Origin: Adineta vaga
Lineage: Eukaryota; Animalia; Rotifera
DNA length: 64,000 nt
Reading direction: 5' to 3'
Assembly: GCA_021613535.1 (NCBI GenBank)
Contig: CP075492.1
Location: 7,378,001-7,442,000 of the forward strand
Part shown: positions 57,682 through 64,000 of the stretch, piece after piece
Numbering within the stretch: the stretch's first letter is position 1
Layout: every line of letters begins with the position of its first letter
The notes under the pieces: generated by a model
Told to the model about the DNA's origin: nothing
Database searches by the model: none
Seen by the model: only the letters and a program-made list of their open reading frames with translations
Program-made: the position numbers and the translations under genes

Positions 57682-60600
57682 CTATTTTGTCGAGGATGAT
57701 GTCTGTGTTATTGGTGTCGTTCTTTGTTGAGCAAATTTTTGTACTAAACTTTGACTTGCTCGAAGTAATAATTGAAAACGTTGAACCATGGGTGATGTTG
57801 GATTTGTTTGGATGTATGTATACAATTTCTTACTCAAATCATTCAATACATTTTGTAAATAATCACGAACACTTGGATGTGTGAAATCCAAACAAATCAA
57901 TGCTTCATGTAAATAACTAGAAAAAAGAAATCGAGAAATGATAGGTCATAAAGATTTAAATGATCTTACTTATATTTCAATTCTTGATTGGTATTCAAAT
58001 CGACTGCAAGTTGTTGAATTAAAGATAGAAGAACAGGTGTTTGTAATGGACATGGTTGTATGGAAAATAATTCTTTTGGACGAATATTTTCACATAAATA
58101 TGAAACAAGATTAAGATCAGATGCTGATAAGACATATTCAAATGCTTGATTGAAATGACCGAGACGAATAAATTTTAATACTTTTTGTTGTTTTATATCC
58201 GTTGGTGATGTTGTAATCGTTACTGTTGATGATGATGATGATGATGATGATGCTAATGGAACTGTAGGTGCTGGTGTTGTCGTTCGACTAGCAGGTGGTT
58301 TGGGAGTGTTAGTTTGACGAAATAAAGTATTCAGATCATTTTTCTGTGTAGTTAACATTTCACGAAATGTTGATGTAACTTCGTCACGTAGTATCGATCG
58401 TGTCGTTTCTCGAATTCTATTTAGAAAAAGAAAAAGAAAACAATCGAATGAACGACAAACTTCGGCAATTCTTACGTAGGTGTTAAATTTGCTGTTAAAT
58501 GTTGAGTAATTTCAGTTTTTAATATATTAGCTAAATCTTGATTTTTCTTTTCAAATTCTTTATTCACTTGTGTTGTTTCTTTTCGTATTTCAGTCATCAT
58601 CTGTTCACGTTGTTGAATTAATGATCGTTGTTGTTGTCGACCATATTCAATCATTTCTTGTAAATCTAAATTTAGCTTTCATCAGAATAAATCCTTCAAC
58701 AATCTTTTTCATACATACATTCTTTTGTACCACGTTTAAAAACATCATTGGTCTGTTGAAACATATTTGTTACTGCTTTTTCAAATGATGGAATGACAAT
58801 TTGATTGAATGTATCACGATATGATGCTACCATTGTTGATTGAATAGCATGAGATACTGAATGACTTAGTGAATCAATCATTGTCTATAGAGATAAGAAA
58901 TGAGTAAAAATTAGAATTAGAAGTTTCTTTCCTAAACAAACTTTTGAACGGAAAATTTGTGCAATCGTTTGTTTAATAATCGTATCTGTTGCTAATAATT
59001 TAGCAGCAAGATCTTTGTGTAAATTATCTTTCATTTCTCGATATGGTTCAAATACAGATTTCATGGCTAGAAAGAAATATCAATGAACAACAAGAATTAA
59101 ATCAATTCTTTTACCGTTTTGTATATATGTCTGAATTTTTTCGATTAATATAGCTTCTAATCGATCATAATGTGTATCTGTTAATGTTGTTGATTGAGAT
59201 TCATTTGTTGTTAAAACATCGATAGGTAATGCATTTGGACTGGGTCGACTTGGTCGTGATATAACACCTAAAATGCAATCACAACAAGAAAATGTCTAGA
59301 TTTTAGAGGAGATAAGATTGTATATTATTTACCAGATGATTCAAAATTTATCAATCTATCAACTTTGTTTGCTAATTGTTCAAGACGTTGACAACATTGT
59401 TCTAATTTTTCTTCATTATACAAGTATGATGTTGTTTGTGAAATAGGATCTGCTGAAAGATCATGCCGTTGTGAACGTAATTCATTTAATAAATGAGTTA
59501 ATTGTCGAATTTCATGTAAGGACTAAATATAGAGGAAACAGATAAGAAATGAACTGTATTTCATGCTCTATTTACATCAACATTCAATCCTAATTGTGAA
59601 CTATTTGGCGATCGTCCACTACGTCGTTTGATACGTGTATGCAAAACATCTTCTTCATCAGCTGTTGAATCATCATCTTTATCACTTTTATAGAGAGATA
59701 TTTCAATGAATATAATTTGATTATGAATAAAACGTATACCTTGTTTCTGTTGGGTCACTATAATCATCGTTATCATGATGACTAGATGCATTTAATCCTC
59801 TTTAGAAATGATTTTAATTGAATGAAAAAGATGGAGAAAATAAAGTTTATTTTTACTTGATGGGACTTTGTTTAGGCCATCGTTGACCATCACCGTATTT
59901 AGTTGGTGATAAAAGTGGATTTTGAATACCATTAATCTAAGAAAACTTCAAATATATTTGAATATCATATGAAAAGTGTATACTGATTCATCATCATCAT
60001 GTGTTTTGATTGGCATAAATACAGTATCTACATCAACACTATCATCGTCTGGTACTAAAAAAGAAGTAATCAAATTTGTAGTAGAGAAAAATTTGCATAC
60101 AAATGAATGAATATACCTGCTTCAAATGGAAGAGGATAATTTGTTGCACATAACATACTATCCGCAACTTCTTTATCAGCGAGATCATATGGTGATTGTG
60201 ATATTCCTAAAAATCAATACTTACAGAATTAGTTTTGAAAATTAAAAATCAATTCATACCATTGTTAATCAATGATGATGAATCTACATCTGTCGTTCCT
60301 GTTGGTTTAAATCGACTATTAGGACTAGTTGTTACGACTGCAGCTATTTGTGTTTGTAATGGTGAAGTGTGTGTACAATTCGATTGTTGACTGTTAACAT
60401 CGTCAAATGCTGTCCTATTTCCTAATAAAAATCCATGCAATGGATCGATTGTCGATGCTGATGGTGTTGAATTGCTTGTTAATCCATTATGACTTGCAAG
60501 TAATGAACGTGCTGTATCACCATTCTGTAATCCAGTTATATTTGTTAATGAACTATTTGGTGATAAAAGATCATCAATACTGTATCTATATGAGATAGAT

Positions 60601-63146
60601 ATACACATTGATATGATCATTAAAGTAATAAAGTTATCTTACGGTGGAAGACTCATTAGATCGTCAACAGGTGGTTCTATTCGATTAGTAGTCATTGTAG
60701 GTAATGGTATATTTCCATTTCGTAAATATGCCATGTATGGTTCAAAACGAAAATCTTATAGAATCTCGAAATCAATTAAGAAAGTGAAGTTTTGTTTTTC
60801 ATGACTTACCTTCAATAATACCATTCTGTATTGAAGGATTTTGTTCTCCAAAGTAGACAGGATCTGTTAGCATGAAACGATTTGTTTTAAACACCAGTAG
60901 TACTTCTTTAAAAGATCTAATCGAAACAGAAAAATATAAGAGCTTTATTTTTACCATATTAAAAAATCATTTTTGATTATTATACTTTGTATGAATACTA
61001 TACATTTTAATACCATAGGTCACAGAATCCGCATATTCACCTATATATATATATATCAAAGATAAATATTACAAACTGATCAAATCTTACGATTAATTTG
61101 ATCTGCAGCTGTAATTGCAAAACTTATTGATGGCGATTGAAATGAATTGAAAGCATTTATTGAAGAAAAATGTGCTCGATTATTGTCAGCATCTTGATAG
61201 ATAGTTAAAACGTACATTGACTAAATAAGAAAAAAAGAGAAAACAACTTATATATGTTATCACGATAGACAAATGTGTAAATTATATTATTACATTTCGA
61301 TGTATATCGGAAAGAACAAGAAAACGTGATGTTAAATCTATCGAAGCTTTAAGTATAGGTAATTGAGATGATGAATTAAAACTAAAATTTTGATATAAGA
61401 AGAATCAACTGATTAATATTCTATTCTACCGAATAATTTGTAAACAACTCCAATTTGTACAACTCCAGACTTTTAATTCTCGATTTTGATCACAACCAGA
61501 AACTGCATAACGCCATAGTTGTGTACTAAAAAATACCGAATAATATTGAAAGAAACATCAACGGAAGATTCATTTTACGAACTCTTGTGTTAAATTTTTA
61601 TGATCATCAAGAAAAAATAACGATGAAATAGGACGACCTTCATGTGGAATCCAAAGATGTAAGCATCTACAATAATCGTTTCCTTCTAAAAAATATCAAT
61701 GATACAAAATAATCATTACCTGCACGTTTGTGGTTGATCAAAATTTATTGAGAAGAATTTTATTTCACCTTTATCTGTTCCTGTTCCTAATGCAGTACCA
61801 TCTGGTGAAAAACATACAGAAGTAACATTCTAAGATGAAACATCCATCTATGATTCATCTCTTCGAAATTCAATTCAAATTACTTACACCATTATTATCT
61901 TCGTATGTTAAGTGACCATTTTCAATTTGATTTAAAGTTAACATATTATCCGATATTGATGATTGTGATGCAATTGCAACATTAAGTACTTCAACCTAAA
62001 TAAATTCAATCGATTATCAATCTGAACAAAAAGAGAAATATCGAATTTGCAAACAAACATGTGAACCGCATGTAACACTCATCATTGTATATGCATCATT
62101 ATCTTCATTATCGCTACTATCTGGTATGAAACAGCACCATGATAATGTTGGAGGAGATTGATTATTTGAATATTGTAAATCAATAAATAAAATTAAAGTA
62201 TGTCTAATAGAGAAAGAAAACGATTATTTGTATAAATTCATTCAAAATCTTACTGTAATTCATTAGGTTCATCACTTTTTTCTATTCGATAGATACGTAA
62301 ATGACATGCTTGATCAACACATGCCAAAAGGACATCATCAGAAAATGAGAATGCTAAATCATGAATATCACCCGAAAATGGTGGATTAATTACAGAACGA
62401 AAATCCACTTGTTTATAGAAAACACAAACAATATCATCACCACTTTGTCCTAGAAAATCGATTCAATAAAATCATTCACGATAGAAAAACAGATTACAAA
62501 CGTTTTAAAGCATAAGCAACAAAGTTTCCACATGTCACAACGAAATGGCCAGAATAATATCGTGATTCCCAATTATGGTCAATAATCGGTTGAGAAAAGA
62601 CCTTAAAAAAAATGACATATTCTCAATTTTGCGATATCCTATGGCGATTTCATATAGAAATACGAACATCATATAATAATTCTCATGAGAATTCGAAAAG
62701 AAAATGTCATTCTAACTTAATCAAGTAATCATTTTTTTTTCATTCAAAATGAAATTATCGTATTTGCAAGATACGAAGCAATAATAATTCTCCACATAGT
62801 TAGATAAAAAAAATAATTTACATATTTCGACATCTCTATTTCAAAATGGCAAAATATTTTACATACTTGATTAAAATCATTTGCTGATATTGTTTCTGTC
62901 AAAAGATTTTTTCGATTCGTCAATTGAATTTCAACTTCATGCCGTGAGATTAGATGTGTTGATTGGATCGGATCATTACTATTCAACTCACTAAACAGAA
63001 CGGAAAGCACATCTCATTAAAATCGTTTTCCACCACGTTTTCTCATACATTTGTTGATGACGTTTATCGTCTGAATCGAATGTACTAGAAAAAGAATCAG
63101 AATCGTAATCAAATCAATAAATCAAGTAAATAACTCACATATTCAT
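57682..63146 (-). CDS. EDC4: Enhancer of mRNA decapping 4 (Ge-1/Hedls), many exons
   Basis: WD40 region HNWESRYYSG, FSPDGTALGTG, CLHLWIPHEGRPISSLFFLDD, DQNRELKVWSCTNWSCLQ. Ser-rich linker. C-terminal IPSFEKAV..MFQQ and AFEYVLSASDLNLV...PLQTPVLLSLIQQL. Confidence 0.92.
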
Positions 63147-63450
63147 AATTAGTACAAAGAAAAGATAATAATAACAAATATAATCTAAAGTCAGAAAACT
63201 TTTTCTTTATATCAAAGCAATTGATAGTAATTGATCTTTTCTTTTCATGGGCAAGTCAATATATTCTAATGTCAGATCGCAAAATCAATCAATTAGAAAA
63301 AAAATACTGAACATGGAAAGAACGAAAGAAAGAGAAAAAGATGAAGTATTTACATTCTCTTTTTATCAATAAAACACGTCCATGCGAATAGATATATCCA
63401 AGCATCACTTGTTAGCGATAGCTTTTTCTTTTCGTGTTGTTTCGCAAGAT

Positions 63451-63497
63451 GTCTCGTGTGGGGTTCGATTCCACATAGAGACTTACATATTTTTTTC
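63451..63497 (+). other. tRNA T-arm-like hairpin with Pol III B-box and T-run (tRNA-derived relic or small Pol III unit)
   Basis: gtctc-gtgtgg-ggttcgatt-ccacat-agagac hairpin containing GGTTCGATTCC (63462-63472), followed by T8 at 63490-63497. No complete cloverleaf could be folded. Confidence 0.4.
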
Positions 63498-63782
63498 TCT
63501 CTTCCGTCTCTTTGGAAGACTTAATTCAAGTTAATCATAATTTCGTCAGTAAAGTAGGACAACCAAAAACTAACCAAGCTATCACAGATCAATAGCTTCT
63601 TATTAAATTCGTTCAGCTGACTAACGTCTAGTAAGTAGAAATCTTTTAAATGAAATAAAAAGCGAACATCACTCAAACTATTTCATCTATTTCTCTTCAT
63701 TCCTTTACATACAGTCACTGATATCTACATATATATACATGTATATGTAAAGAATCGAACTATAAATTAGAACTATTAAACT

Positions 63783-64000
63783 ATGGATACGTCGATAACA
63801 AACAATGACGAACAACAACTGATTCAAATGTCCGCATTATCACCAGAAAAACTAGTTCAAGATGAAAATAATGTTATTATGCGTGAAACACCAACTATTA
63901 CGAATGGAAAAAAACCAACAACAGAAGCTGAACTAAAACAACAAGTATTTATTTTACGTATCTTTTCTTGGCCTATACAACTTCTAACATCATGTCATAT
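63783..64000 (+). CDS. 5' end of an unidentified gene, truncated by the window edge
   Basis: ATG at 63783 opens a frame (MDTSITNNDEQQLIQMSALSPEK...) with no stop to the end of the window. Confidence 0.55.
   Translation, partial: MDTSITNNDEQQLIQMSALSPEKLVQDENNVIMRETPTITNGKKPTTEAELKQQVFILRIFSWPIQLLTSCH

Noticed and set aside
63395-63482. Functional tRNA gene
   Set aside because: Acceptor, D and anticodon stems cannot be paired; only the T-arm/B-box is convincing.
1-64000. CRISPR array, rRNA, spliceosomal snRNA or SL RNA gene
   Set aside because: No regularly spaced direct repeats and no recognisable rRNA, U-snRNA or spliced-leader sequence was seen by eye.

Overview
This is AT-rich, gene-dense eukaryotic DNA with many short (mostly ~50-70 nt) GT-AG introns. 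Gene content and style (intronless ART-TPR gene, divergent short 7TM receptor, intron-containing fungal/bacterial-type genes among core animal genes) point to a bdelloid rotifer; this is inferred, not proven. About 27 protein-coding loci are supported. Core animal genes include FBXO32/25, ABHD14, calcyphosin-like, IFRD, POMP, RABEP1, RPS24, URI1, IVNS1ABP-like, BORCS7-like, an LCCH3/GABA-A beta subunit, SLC25A44 and EDC4. There are also three small TIR elements (MITEs). The first ~14.3 kb is an accessory, possibly horizontally acquired island. Its highlight is a minus-strand locus (10638-13286) that the ORF track splits into fragments. It reconstructs as signal peptide + 2 hevein/CBM18 domains + fungal-type GH18 chitinase + linker + furin/Kex2 site (RNKR) + hydrophobic helix + His-Me-finger (Endonuclease_NS_2-like) nuclease. 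That is a zymocin-like chitin-targeted nuclease toxin in one chain, head-to-head with a small secreted Cys-rich protein. It carries three 1-2 nt frameshifts. Similar indels hit three other genes, so assembly error versus pseudogenisation is unresolved. Other points: URI1 ends 37 nt before RPS24 with an acceptor between them (operon/trans-splicing or nested gene), a CaMK-type pseudokinase, an ABHD14 with Ser-to-Cys at the nucleophile, and a duplicated orphan gene with a 10-nt microexon. All family calls are by-eye motif recognition; no searches were run.
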